From: Eledone cirrhosa
Taxonomy: Eukaryota
Assembly (NCBI GenBank): GCA_964016885.1
Contig: OZ024743.1
Coordinates: forward strand, 323,764,001-323,828,000
DNA length: 64,000 nt
Reading direction: 5' to 3'
Made by a program: the position numbers and the translations under genes
Shown here: piece after piece, positions 28,543 through 41,619 of the stretch
Layout of the letters: each line of letters begins with the position of its first letter
How positions within the stretch are numbered: position 1 is the stretch's first letter
The notes under the pieces: generated by a model
Seen by the model: only the letters and a program-made list of their open reading frames with translations
Database searches by the model: none
What the model was told of the DNA's origin: nothing

Positions 28543-31500
28543 CTAGTAGTGAGGGGTAAAGGAAAAAGAGAGGGAAGCAAAACAAAGATATTAACCTTAG
28601 AAACTAACAACACATGCAGAATATCAAAGTAATTCATTCAAAAGATCAGCCATGTCACTCACTGTGCCATGCTGAATCTCCCTGAGAATTATATCAAAAG
28701 TACATATGTCAGTGGAAAAACAAAGTTATTAACCAGAAAATCTTATAACATTAATTCAAAGGACCACTCTAACATGCTGAATCTCCCTGAGAATTACATT
28801 AAAAGTACACATTGGTAGAATACTCAGCCACTTACAGGTCAATTTAACATGTAGGAGGCTCTGTAGATCAAACAACTGGAGGGTCCATCACATCATGTAA
28901 GATTTAATGTTTTATAAAGTGAAGTTATCACAATGTAGTTAACCCTTCCAGGCAACATGTAACAGTTTTCATCAGAGGTTTTGTAGCCTGGCTAAAACGT
29001 TCATGGAATATTGTTAGTGACCAGGTCACAAGGAGTGTGATGAAAATATTGACATCACAAAATGGATGAAAAGTGAATATAACAGGTGCAGGCATGGTGT
29101 TGTGGTTACTGGTTTCACTCTACACCCATGCTGTTTGGGGCCCAGTCCCACTGTTTAGAACGATAGGCAAGTCCCTTCTACTATAGTCCTCAGTTGATCA
29201 ATGCTTTGTGAGTGAAATTTGGTTGATAGAAACTGTGTGGAAGCCTGTCATTCATATATACATGTGTCTTTGTGTCTCCATGTCTTTATTTACGTTCACT
29301 TTCCGATTATGTCCCATAACTTACTGGTTCGACAAAAAGGGGATCAATAAAATAAGTACCAGACAGGAAAAAAAAAAGAACTGGGATTGATATGATTGAG
29401 TAAATGAAGTTTTGCCCCAGCATGGTCGTAGTCCAAGTACTGAAACCAGTAAAAAAAGTAAAACAGTTTTTGTGTGTTTTTTCAATAGTAAATGTGACTC
29501 TTCCATGCTGTTAGAACAACCTTTGGCTCATGCTATTTAACTACCTTTTACACCTTACACAGAACAACTTAGCACTAAACCATATGTTGAGTTCTTGATC
29601 AAATCAATCTACTTTATAAATAAAACTAACACATGTTCACTGTTTCTATTTGTTTTTAATTCAGTGGATTAATTAGAATTCAAAGTGTAGCTGCACTCGA
29701 AATGCACTGGTATTTACGTGTGCATGTATGTGTGTGAGAGAGAGAGAGAGAGAGAGAACTGCATATGGATAATGATTGGGTTCAAGTGGAAGAAAGCTGC
29801 AGTAGGGGAAGACCAAAGACAAGTTAGCAATGGTGAAAGCTGGTCTCAAAACACAGAGAGATGACCCATCCAACCAATGCAAGCATAGAAAAAATGATCT
29901 ACCTCTTGTCACTTGCCCTTGATACACTTACAATCTTTCTTACCTCCCCAATCCTATTGACACCCCATATAAGGTACAGCAGGTTCATTAGTAGAATCTA
30001 TGATTGACAACCTCCCTAGAGTTGCTACCATAATAAAATACACCCAACACACTCTGTAAAGATTTTGATATTGTTTATTTTGAGAACAATATCTTAACAC
30101 AAGTATGAACAGAAAGAGGTGAGAGAATTCTGGCTGGATACAGCCAGTTTAAATGCTAAAGGGTTATGGATGTTAAACTATGATGATGATACATCACAAG
30201 TTAGTTTTTACAATGACATATATCACACGTACACACAATCTTTTATTATTTTACTGGTTTCAAACATTAGACTGCTGCAAGGCATTGGTCAACCTAAGGC
30301 TATAGTAGAAGACACTTGCCCAAGCTGCCACACCGTGGGAGTGAACACCACACATATGTTCATGTATCCACATATAACAGATATATAACAATACATATAT
30401 GTATACGTGTGTTAAGTATGTATACACACACACACAAAGTATTTTATTTCTAAACATATTGACAGTGAGTAAAACCACATTCTATATTCTGCATACAGCC
30501 CACACCTACAGTGTTATAAAGATATCATCCTTGGGATTTTTTTTGCAGAAACAACAATAATATTCAAATACAAAGATCTAGAAATAGAAATAAAACGAAT
30601 GTGGATGATGAAAGCAGAATCCATCCTTATAATAATAAGTCCTTTGGAAATCATTAAAAACACACACACACATATACAAAGACTGATACATAATGAAAAC
30701 CTCAGGACTTAAAAATATATACATCATACAGAAAATAGCTCTACTATGCATTGCACACACATACTTTCACTACAATAGAAACACCAAATACATAATGCTG
30801 CAGATTCCCAAGACACACAGAGCTATGCTCAGTAATGTAGTAGCAGCACGCAATGAAAATAAGACTGATAATAATTTACTTTTTGCGATGTGCTAATATT
30901 ATTAATTTCAATGTTAATGCAGTCGGGTAAGAAAATTACGCAGTGTTCAGCATTTTTTGTTATAAGTACCAAATGTTGTTTATTTAAGAAATGTCAGTGA
31001 CATCATTGGAGTTAATGCTACATTTTCTCAAGAGATAAGACTGATTTCACAGCTTTTTAATGATATGTAATCATGATTTATAAGGGAGTGAAATAGCAGA
31101 GTCGTTACAACATCAGATAAAATGCTTTGCAGTATTTGTTCTGGCACTCTGCAACCTGGGTTCAAATACTGCTGAGAACAAATTTACTTCTCATCTTTTT
31201 GAGGTTGATAAATAAAGTACCAGTCCAGTACTTTATCACTTCTCTCCCATTCCCTCTGGAAGTAACTGGATGTGTTCTAGCTTAGAGAAGGATGGGCCTC
31301 AGCAACAACTGTCCACCAAATTCCACTTACAAGGCATTGGTCAACATGAGGCTGTAGTAGAAGATACTTGTGTAAGGTTCCATACAATGAGAGTGAACCT
31401 AAAAACCACATGGTTCTGAAGTGAACTCCTTAACCAAACTGCCATGCCTGCACTTGTACAGAAACACAGTTATGTTTGGAAAGCAGATACAATATTGGAA

Positions 31501-31879
31501 AGTGATAACTCTTCTAGTTATTAGTAATAGTGCCGTGATAAAATGCATTCAGTACACTCTGTAAAGTGGCTGGCATTAGGAAGTGCATCCAAGTACATTT
31601 CTACATAAATACAGTTATGTTTTTATGTTTGGCAATCAGAATATTGAGTAGCGAGCACTCTTCAGTTTTACCAAGTACATGACAACTTCTCTAGAGTTGG
31701 TGCCGTGATTTCTACACCCTTGCTAATATCAGCCACTCTGTAATGTGGCTGATATTAGCAAGGGTGTAGAAATCAAGTCAAATATGCCCCAAGCAGTCTA
31801 GTAAGAACCCATCCAACCCATACCAAGATAGTAAATGGATGTAAAATGACAATGATGATGTAATAAGAAATATGTATAC

Positions 31880-32044
31880 CTGAGTAATGACTAACGAGTT
31901 CTTCAAGTGTGCTGAATTTTCTCTTTGCAGTAATGTAGTAATGGTCTTTGTCATTATCACCATTCTTTGTGGAGAGGATTTTATAGTGCTTCACTAAATA
32001 ACCTCGAAGTTCATCACAGTCTCGTACTGACAATGTATATGTGT
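31880..32044 (-). CDS. Src-family exon: SH2 C-terminal half (DTYTLSVRDCDELRGYLVKHYKI...YYITAKRKFSTLEELVSHYS)
   Basis: Overlaps ORF 31773-32033. LSVRD, VKHYKI and FSTLEELV motifs; acceptor tttcag, donor gtatac; phase 1 to phase 1. Confidence 0.95.
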
Positions 32045-33344
32045 CTGAAAAATATAAACATAGAGAATACAGTGTCTTATAGAAGGCTATAGCTATGCTG
32101 CCTGAACATTCATTCTGTATTATATTAACTGTACTGCCTTTTTAGCCATGTCACAAGAATGTTACACTATCAAAAACCATTCATTTTAAAGGGCTCCTAT
32201 TTCAATTAAAATCTTCCCTCATAATTTTATATGAGAACCACATGTTAAGTTACTACCATAGTAATGAAGTAATTAATGATTTTTCATTAATTAATTGAAA
32301 TAGAGCATATTTCCTTAATGATACAGTCCCAAAAGTGGTGCTCTGAGCATAATTTAAAGGCTCTTATATAAAATAATGATGGAAAATTTTAAGATAAATA
32401 TAAATCATGAGCAAGCATGGAAAAATAGACATTAAATGATGCTGGTGATGATGATGATGAGATACCTTTGATACCAAACTAGATGATGAAATTATGATGG
32501 AAGATATTAATTTAAATAGGAACCCTTTCAAATGGACGATTTTGTTTCATGGAACCAAAATCGTCCATTTGAAAGGGTTCCTATTTAAATTAAAATCTTC
32601 CATCATAATTTTATAAAAGAAAGTGTTGTTACTATATTAGTGATGGAATAATTAATAATTTTAGTAAATCCTTTTAATTTCTTCCTTAACCTTTCCATTA
32701 CTATATTTCTCACAAAAGACACTATTTATGATTTTCAATTAATTTTGAAAATAATAAAAAATTTGATGGGATTTAGTAAAGTAACAAACTTTCTCATTAT
32801 TAAGCTGGTATTTGGAGTGTAACAAAAGATCTTACATAAAATTATGATGGAAGGTTTTTAGATAAATATAAGCATTTAAAAACATGCAGCCTTGTATCAC
32901 AGAACTAAAGACAGTTTCAGGTGGTTCGGTATCAAAAGAGTTAATTAATTAAAATAGAATATATTTCATGAGAAATATGGTCAGTAAAGAATTAATGACC
33001 TCTGAGAAGTGACCAGTCCTTCAACTTACAAATGGACTATATAGTACTAGTAGTGGTGGGGAGGATGGGGGGTGGTACCTATCAACTTTAAATTAGGTCT
33101 GAAAAGCTACTAATGACTCAGTAACAAACATCTCCACCTCCACCATATCACCTTTAACAAATATAAAACACAGCTGGCAATTGAGTTTTTGAAATAAGAC
33201 AGATGTTGGTGCTACCAACAACCCCCCTCTCTTTTCTTCATTTCTTTGGTTCAGCCTCATACTACTACTTTTACAACTACCACACACAATTTGATTTGTT
33301 GCTTTTCTTAAGGTTCATCTATTTTCTATACACAACAACAGCTG

Positions 33345-34815
33345 TAATGAATTACTACATACATAGAAGTTATATAATCCAATGACACAGTATAAGACAA
33401 TGTGGTGGTGACAGTGGTGGTGGTAATGAATTACTACATACATAGAAGTTATATAATCCAATGACACAGTATAAGACAATTGTTTCTACTTTAGGCACAA
33501 GGCCAGCAATTACCCAGTGCATTACTGGTACTATATTTTATCGACCCCGTAAGGATGAAAGGCAAAGTCAATCTCGGCGGGATTTGAACTCAGATCATAA
33601 AGGGACATAACTATGCTGGAAAGCATGGCGTCCGACCCTCTACCGATACTGCCAATCCACCGTATAAGACATAATTGTTTCTACTTTAGGCACAAGGCCA
33701 GCAATTACCCAGTGCAGTAAGACATAATGTGATGGTGGCAGTGGTGGTAATGAATTACTACATATAAAGGAGTTATATAATCCAATGACACAGTATAAGA
33801 CATAATGTGATGGTGGCAGTGGTGGTAATGAATTACTACATATAAATGAGTTATATAATCCAATGACACAGTATAAGACATAATGTGATGGTGACAGTGG
33901 TGGTAATGAATTACTACATATAAATGAGTTATATAATCCAATGACACAGTATAAGACATAATGTGATGGTGACAGTGGTGGTAATGAATTACTACATATA
34001 AAGGAGTTATATAATCCAATGACACAGTATAAGACATAATGTGATGGTGACAGTGGTGGTAATGAATTACTACATATAAATGAGTTATATAATCCAATGA
34101 CACAGTATAAGACATAATGTGATGGTGACAGTGGTGGTAATGAATTACTACATATAAAGGAGTTATATAATCCAATGACACAGTATAAGACATAATGTGA
34201 TGGTGACAGTGGTGGTAATGAATTACTACATATAAATGAGTTATATAATCCAATGACACAGTATAAGACATAATGTGATGGTGACAGTGGTGGTAATGAA
34301 TTACTACATATAAAGGAGTTATATAATCCAATGACACAATATAAGACATAATGTGATGGTGACAGTGGTGGTAATGAATTACTACATATAAATGAGTTAT
34401 ATAATCCAATGACACAGTATAAGACATAATGTGATGGTGACAGTGGTGGTAATGAATTACTACATATAAAGGAGTTATATAATCCAATGACACAGTATAA
34501 GACATAATGTGATGGTGACAGTGGTGGTAATGAATTACTACATATAAAGGAGTTATATAATCCAATGACACAGTATAAGACATAATGTGGTGGTGGCAGT
34601 GGTGGTAATGAATTACTACATATAAAGGAGTTATATAATCCAATGACACAGTATAAGACATGTGGTGGTGGTAATGGTGATAATGATGGTGGTGTTGGTG
34701 GTAGTGATAGTGGTAGTGATGGCAGTGTTGGTGGTAGTGATGGTGGTGTTGGTGGTAGTGATGATGGTAATGAATTACTATATATATATAAGAGTTATAA
34801 CATCCAATGACACAG
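33345..34815. repeat. 78-bp tandem satellite (12 near-perfect units at 33721-34660 plus flanking degenerate units)
   Basis: Unit gacataatgtgatggtgacagtggtggtaatgaattactacatataaa(g/t)gagttatataatccaatgacacagtataa. Confidence 0.97.
33479..33716 (-). mobile_element. Second SINE family copy plus a tail fragment, inserted in the 78-bp satellite
   Basis: Flanked by the duplicated sequence gtataagaca (33469-33478 and 33662-33671). Confidence 0.85.
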
Positions 34816-35185
34816 GACTTGATGGTGGTGTTGGTGATTGTGATGATGGTAATGGTGGTGGTAATGGTGCATCTTGTATTGTAAATGGTTGAGTATTCCA
34901 CAGACATGTGTACCCTTAAAGTAATTCTTAGGCAGATTCCGCACGAAACAGTGTGTCATGAGGCCGGATAGGCTTCCAAACAGTTTCTGTCTACCCAATA
35001 TCCCTCACAACGCTTGGGATGAACCGAAGCTATGGTAAATGACCCTTGCCCAAGATGCCATGTAGTGGGATTGAACCCTGGACCTAATGATTGTAAAGTG
35101 AACTCCTTAACTATACAGCTATGCCTGCATTCATAAACATAAGTTTACTCTTGTTTTAAAAGTGAATGACATATATGTGAATATA

Positions 35186-35253
<68 letters not shown>

Positions 35254-35679
35254 ATTGTGTGTAAATCATGTGTGTGTGTGAGTGTGCATGTGTATATTAT
35301 GTATGTGGTAGTGGAGGACTGTTCAGTTGTGTCAGACATAACAACCCTTGCTTGTGCCTGTGCCACATTAAAATGCACCTAGAACACTCCGTAGTGTGTG
35401 GGAATATATGTAAGCGAAATGCTGACTCCCACCCCCTGCTCCACCCATCTGAGAGGTCAGTATCTCCGATTATGTACTTGGTATGTGATGATGTGACGAC
35501 CTATCCAACCGTTGCTAGCAGGGAAAACAGCCGTTAAATTATGACGATGATGATAATGATGATGATGATTCTGTATATAAGTGGAATAATTTTATGTGAA
35601 GGGAAGTTGGAAGAATGCAAATTGTGGATGAAGGAACCATCAATGTCAGTTGTGAGGAAGAATTAAACCTCCTATATAT

Positions 35680-36028
35680 CTGTGTGTGTCTGTGTGTGTA
35701 TGTGTCTGTGTGTGTATGTGTGTGTGTGTATGTGTGTGTGTGTATGTGTGTGTGTGCATGTGTTTGCGTGCATGTGTTTGCGTGTGTATGTGTCTGTGTG
35801 TGTATGTGTCTGTGTGTGTATGTGTCTGTATGTGTCTGTGTGTGTATGTGTCTGTGTGTGTATGTGTCTGTGTGTGTGTATGTGTCTGTGTGTGTGTATG
35901 TGTCTGTGTGTGTATGTGTCTGTGTGTGTATGTGTCTGTGTGTGTATGTGTCTGTGTGTGTATGTGTCTGTGTGTGTATGTGTTTGTGTGCATGTGTCTG
36001 TGTGTGTATGTGTGTGTGTATGTGTCTG
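35680..36028. repeat. Compound (TG)n microsatellite
   Basis: Seen directly. Confidence 0.95.
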
Positions 36029-36115
36029 TAATCACCAGTGACAAGTGTAAAAATCTAACAACAGAATACACAATATGTCCCAATTTACCCCCTCATTACC
36101 TGCTGCTGTCACCAA

Positions 36116-36733
36116 CCACTGTCACCACCATCACCACTGTCACCACTGTCACCACCATCACCACCGTCACCACCATCACCACTGTCACCACCATCACCAC
36201 TGTCACCACTGTCACCACCATCACCACTGTCACCACCATCACCACCGTCACCACCATCACCACTGTCACCACCGTCACCACCATCACCACCGTCACCACC
36301 GTCACCACCGTCACCACCGTCACCACCGTCACCACCGTCACCACCATCACCACTGTCACCACCATCACCACCGTCACCACCATCACCACTGTCACCACCG
36401 TCACCACCATCACCACCGTCACCACCGTCACCACCGTCACCACCGTCACCACCGTCACCACCATCACCACCGTCACCACCATCACCACTGTCACCACCAT
36501 CACCACCGTCACCACCATCACCACTGTCACCACCATCACCACCATCACCACCGTCACCACCATCACCACCGTCACCACCATCACCACTGTCACCACCATC
36601 ACCACCATCACCACTGTCACCACCATCACCACTGTCACCACTGTCACCACCATCACCACTGTCACCACCATCACCACCATCACCACCGTCACCACCATCA
36701 CCACTGTCACCACCATCACCACTGTCACCACCA
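36116..36733. repeat. 9-bp minisatellite (caccac + tgt/cgt/cat)
   Basis: Seen directly. Confidence 0.95.
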
Positions 36734-36972
36734 CCCCTGGCACCAGCCACTCACAATACATACTTTGATGTGATATAATTGTGAGAGTTAGTTTAGAATG
36801 GTGCACCCACAGTTACAACTAATAGAGTAGTGGGAGGAGGAGGAGGTTGTGGTAATGTTGTTGGTGGTGGAGATGATGATGGGAGATGATGATAGAAAAG
36901 CCTAGTGGTGGTGGTGTTGTTGCTAGTGGCTGCAGCCCAGGCGACCATGTCCTATTTTAAATATGGATTTAA

Positions 36973-37480
36973 CCCTTTAGCATTTAAACCGGCCATATCC
37001 AGCCAGAATTCTCTTACCTCTTTCTGTTTAAACCAGCTATAACTGGCTGCTTATACTTATGTTAAGGTATTTTTCTCAAAATAAATAATATCAAAATCTC
37101 ATAGATTCGATATTATGTAAAAATATAATAGTATATATAGAGTAACGTAAAAATTTAAATTGATAATTGTCATTAAATACAATTCTTTTCCTTTGATGCG
37201 AGAATTTTAGAATTATTGTATATGTAGGCTTATATTCATGTACTTTTAATTTTCATTAACCCTTTAGCATTTACATTATTCTATATATACTATTGTATTT
37301 TCACAGTAAACACCTTATCTTACACAATTATCTCACATACTATTGAATCTTCGAGATTTTGATGTTATTTATTTTGAGAACAATACCTTAAAATCAGTAT
37401 GAGTAGCCAGTTATGGCTGGCTTGAACAGAAAGAGGTGAGAGAATTCTGGCCGGATATGGCCAGTTTAAATGCTAAAGGG
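36973..37480. mobile_element. Two oppositely oriented copies of TTAA MITE family 1
   Basis: 36973-37150 (+, partial) and 37260-37480 (-). Confidence 0.75.
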
Positions 37481-38166
37481 TTTGTTTCTTACAAGTAGGC
37501 ATTGGGGGCTCTAAATGTTCTCGAACCCAGAAACCCTAGTGACTTTAATCTATGCCTGAATTTCAACTTCATTTTATGTGTAGGATAACATTCTTGTAAA
37601 TTTATCATCATTTTTATGTCTACTGCTTCATGCTGGCATGGGTTTGGATGGAATGGTTTGAGACAAAGTTTTTCTGCTGGATGCCCCTCCTGATGCCAAC
37701 TCTTTTAGTTGCCTCATATGACATGCAGGGATATTGTGTACGTATTCTAGAAACCAAGATAAAATGACACAATGCACCAACGGGATTTGAACTCACAGGA
37801 TTACAGCTCATGAACTGAACACCCTAACCACTAACATATGGTTTATGTAAAATAACTTTAGCCACAAGAAGAATTACACGAGGAACGTGGAAGGAAATCA
37901 CTTCTTGTTTTTGAAAATAACAGATTCATCTTCTTCAATTATCTTTGGAAATCATCCAGACTTTCAATAAAGAATATTTTCTCTTCTTTCCTCCCTCCCC
38001 TTTTAAGTGAAGGTCAACAACATTATAACTAGGTGATAGGTTCCTAAATATAGGTGAAAAATAGTTTAAAAACCCACAGCCACCATTAACAGGAAGGAAA
38101 ATTAAATACCATATCATCATCATCACCGTTTTACGTCCGTTCTTCCATGCTAGCATGGGTTAGACG

Positions 38167-38228
<62 letters not shown>

Positions 38229-38440
38229 TCATTTAACATCTGTTTTTCCTGCTAGCATACATACACACACCGTATATGATATATAGTTATGATAGTTATG
38301 TATAAGTCACTGCTCCATTTTACATCATTTACAATATACCATATACTTTGAACTGAGGTTTTGTAGATCCAGTAGATAAATCACATACTGGTTTTCACAC
38401 CATATTTTAGTGGAAAAAAGGTGAGAATTATACAAAAGTA

Positions 38441-38474
<34 letters not shown>

Positions 38475-38889
38475 AAATGATCAGGCCTGGCTTCCCTCCT
38501 CTTTGATGTGACATCACGTGTCACTAAAGGGTATACTGTTACTGCCACTTGCCACCAGCAAATGAGAATGTGGGACACCATTTTTGTCTTTCCATCACAA
38601 GGAGGCAAACTCCCGCTAACAAAACGGTGCCACGCCTAATTATGCAATGTGTACTGTCATTACTTAATATTCTGCATGTGGCTGCACCTTTCGGTTCACC
38701 ACCAGCAGTTTGGGACCATGGAAACAGTTGCAGAAGTCCAAATACCGAAACATCTTATCCACACAAAGTTGTCTTCCTTAGTGATTAACGAAAGTGTGCA
38801 CTCTGGCCAGCTGGGTCCGAATTTTAATAATATGAACTACTTAGTTGACCAACCGAAGCTATGTCCATTTATTTTAATTATATATATGT

Positions 38890-39090
38890 ATAGGAAAAGA
38901 GTCAGGACCCCGACGGCTGAGCTCCGGCCGTTTTGACAGCTAGATCCATTTGGGTCTAGCTGCCGAAATGGCTGGAGCTCAGCCGTCGGGGTCCTGACTC
39001 TTTTCCTATTACCCACTCTACTAACCTAAGTATTGAGTACTCTGGTGCGTTATGGTCCACCTGGTTCATTACCACACTTTCTTTGTTTTA
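38890..39090 (+). mobile_element. (TA)n-embedded hairpin element (59-bp arms plus about 80-bp tail), probably Penelope-derived
   Basis: Inverted repeat 38890-39009 with about 5 transition mismatches; tail shared with the 41212 and 63896 copies. Confidence 0.7.
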
Positions 39091-39313
39091 TATATATATA
39101 TATATATATATAATGTACGTATGTGTGTGTGTCTATATTCATGTGTATCCGGCTTAGAATACACTGTATCTCTGCATGTGACTAAAACGATTGGTGTCAT
39201 GAAGGGCATTCAGTTGTAAAACAATGCCTCAAAAAATCCTGTCCAACCCATGCCAGCATGGAAAAATTGAGGTAAAAACGATAATGCTCATATATATATA
39301 CACACACACACAA

Positions 39314-39348
<35 letters not shown>

Positions 39349-40061
39349 GACATATTACCTATGGATTATTTACAAATTCCTGGATTTTTTAACTGCTCTT
39401 GCACTGCACCAATCTTTCCCAAACTCCCTCTTCCTTTTTCTCTTTTTTTTTCTTTTCCATTCCCCATTTCCTTCCTCACACACTATGTTCAACCAATTAA
39501 TTAATCTATCAATTGATTGATCAGGTTATTTACCTAATTGCCAAAAACCTTTCATAACATGGTATGTGACCTTATCAATGATATTTCGCCCTCTCTGTTT
39601 CCTTTCCATTCTGGTCTGGTTTCCAGCTTACTCCAGAGAAAAGGAAGGAGTAAGCTGGAAATCAAATCAAGAGGAAGACAGAACAAACAGAGCAAAAGTC
39701 ATTGATAAAGTCACATGTGCAATGAAAGAGCTTCGATAATTAGTTGAATATCAGAATGGTTGATTAACCAACTGAAGGATGGAGTAATTACCAGATTAAC
39801 CTTTAACATGCTGTCGGCAACATATTGAACCATAGAGTAATCTCCCCTTAATACATAATGCATTGTCAGGGGAAATAACTCATAAAAATTACTTGTGTGC
39901 TAAAGGTTAATAAGAAAAACTGATGTGAAACCACAACTGATGCATGTGATTTTATTTGCAGCCTGTTCCTCCAAAAGTATAACAATATCTGGTTCAACAC
40001 ATGATTTCACATCAGGAATCTTGCAAAGCAAATAGAAAAACAAGATAAATTATTTATTTAC

Positions 40062-40165
40062 CTGGAAGAGCCTCTCCTTGGCGGATAAGAAAAGAGCCTT
40101 TATGAAGACCAGGGTGTAGCAGCCATTCTTCAGAAGCATTCCGACTCACTTTTCCAAAATACCAA
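40062..40165 (-). CDS. Src-family (pseudo)kinase, first visible exon: SH2 N-terminal half (WYFGKVSRNASEEWLLHPGLHKGSFLIRQGEALP)
   Basis: Manual translation. WYFG and FLIR SH2 motifs; acceptor ttgtag, donor gtaaat; 104 bp, matching the size I recall for the equivalent vertebrate SRC exon. Not in the ORF track. Confidence 0.93.
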
Positions 40166-40359
40166 CTACAAGAGGTCAAAATAAAATAAAAATTAGTATA
40201 GTGGAGACAGCTGTGTGGTTAAGGAAATAGCTTTACAATCACATGGTTTGTGATAGGGTCTTATTGTGTGGCAACATAGGCAAGTGTCTCTGGGTTGACC
40301 AATACCTTGTGGGTAAAATTTTATAGAGAAATTGTATGGAAGCTTGTATTGTGTGTATA

Positions 40360-40749
40360 TCATCATCATCACCGTTTTATGTCCATTCTTCCACGCTAGC
40401 ATGGGTTAGACGGGTTGTTCTGTTGTCGGCAGTGTCCGGTCAGCTGACCTTGTCTTGCTCATACGGGAACAGATTCTGGGTTGATTTCTAGAGCTGGATG
40501 CCCTTCCTAACACCAGCCTCATTTACAGTGAGTGCTGGGTGCTTTTTTTCCGTGGCGCCTACCCGTCCACTTTACAGTGGAATGATAGGGACCCCAGTCC
40601 TATCATCACATTTCTGCAGCTGAGTAAACTGGAGCAATGTGAAATAAAGTGTCTTGCTCAAGGAAACAACACATCACCTGGTCCAAGAATGGAACTCACA
40701 ACGTTTCGATTGCAAGGTTAATGCTCTAATCATTAAGCCATGTGCCTTC
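40360..40749 (-). mobile_element. tRNA-derived SINE with RTE subfamily-B-type tail
   Basis: tRNA-like head, cttgagcaagacacttta body, RTE-UTR module; tail matches 59530-59700. Confidence 0.85.
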
Positions 40750-40755
40750 ATAGTT

Positions 40756-40839
<84 letters not shown>

Positions 40840-40841
<2 letters not shown>

Positions 40842-41134
40842 TCATCATCATCATCATTTTACATCCGATTTTTCCCTGCTTGCAAGGGTGAGACGGGAAC
40901 GGATTCTGGCTTGATTTCTACAGCTGGATGCCCTTCCTAACACCAACCTCATTTACAGTGTGGGTTGGGTGATTTTTTGCCATAGCACCTCCACGACCAG
41001 TTTGCTGAGTAAACTGGAGCAATGTGAAATAAAGTGTCTTGCTCAAGGACACAACACAGCACCCGGTCTGAGAATTGAACTCACAACCTTTCGATTGCAA
41101 GGCCAATGCACTAACCGCTAAGCCATGTGCTTCC
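40840..41134 (-). mobile_element. tRNA-derived SINE with RTE subfamily-C-type tail
   Basis: Head ggaagcacatggcttagcggttag...gagttcaattc; tail acccttgcaagcagggaaaa...(tga)n. Confidence 0.85.
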
Positions 41135-41211
41135 ATATATATATATCATCATCATCATTTTACGTCCGCTCTTCCCTGCTTGCAAGGGTGGGACATAGAT
41201 ATATATACATA

Positions 41212-41394
41212 TAACGAAGGAAATGTGGTAAGGAACCAGGTGGACCATAACGCACCAAAGTACTCAATACTTGAGGTAGTAGAGTGGGTAATAGGAACCA
41301 GTAAGACCCCGACAGCTGAGCTCAAGCCGTTTCGACGGTTAATTCTCCGTCGAAACGGCTTGAGCTCAGCTGTCGGGGTCTTACTGGTTCCTAT
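41212..41394 (-). mobile_element. Hairpin element copy with perfect 48-bp arms and an 8-nt loop
   Basis: 41291-41338 is the exact reverse complement of 41347-41394; the tail is homologous, in reverse orientation, to 39010-39085. Confidence 0.75.
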
Positions 41395-41400
41395 ATATAC

Positions 41401-41431
<31 letters not shown>

Positions 41432-41452
41432 CATATATATACATACATATAC

Positions 41453-41489
<37 letters not shown>

Positions 41490-41574
41490 TATATACATAT
41501 ATATATACATATATATATACATATATATATACATATATATATATACATATATATATACATATGTATATACATAC

Positions 41575-41619
<45 letters not shown>

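Noticed and set aside
33705-36806. His-rich and Thr/Val-rich ORFs
   Set aside because: Products of 78-bp and 9-bp tandem repeats whose unit lengths are multiples of three.
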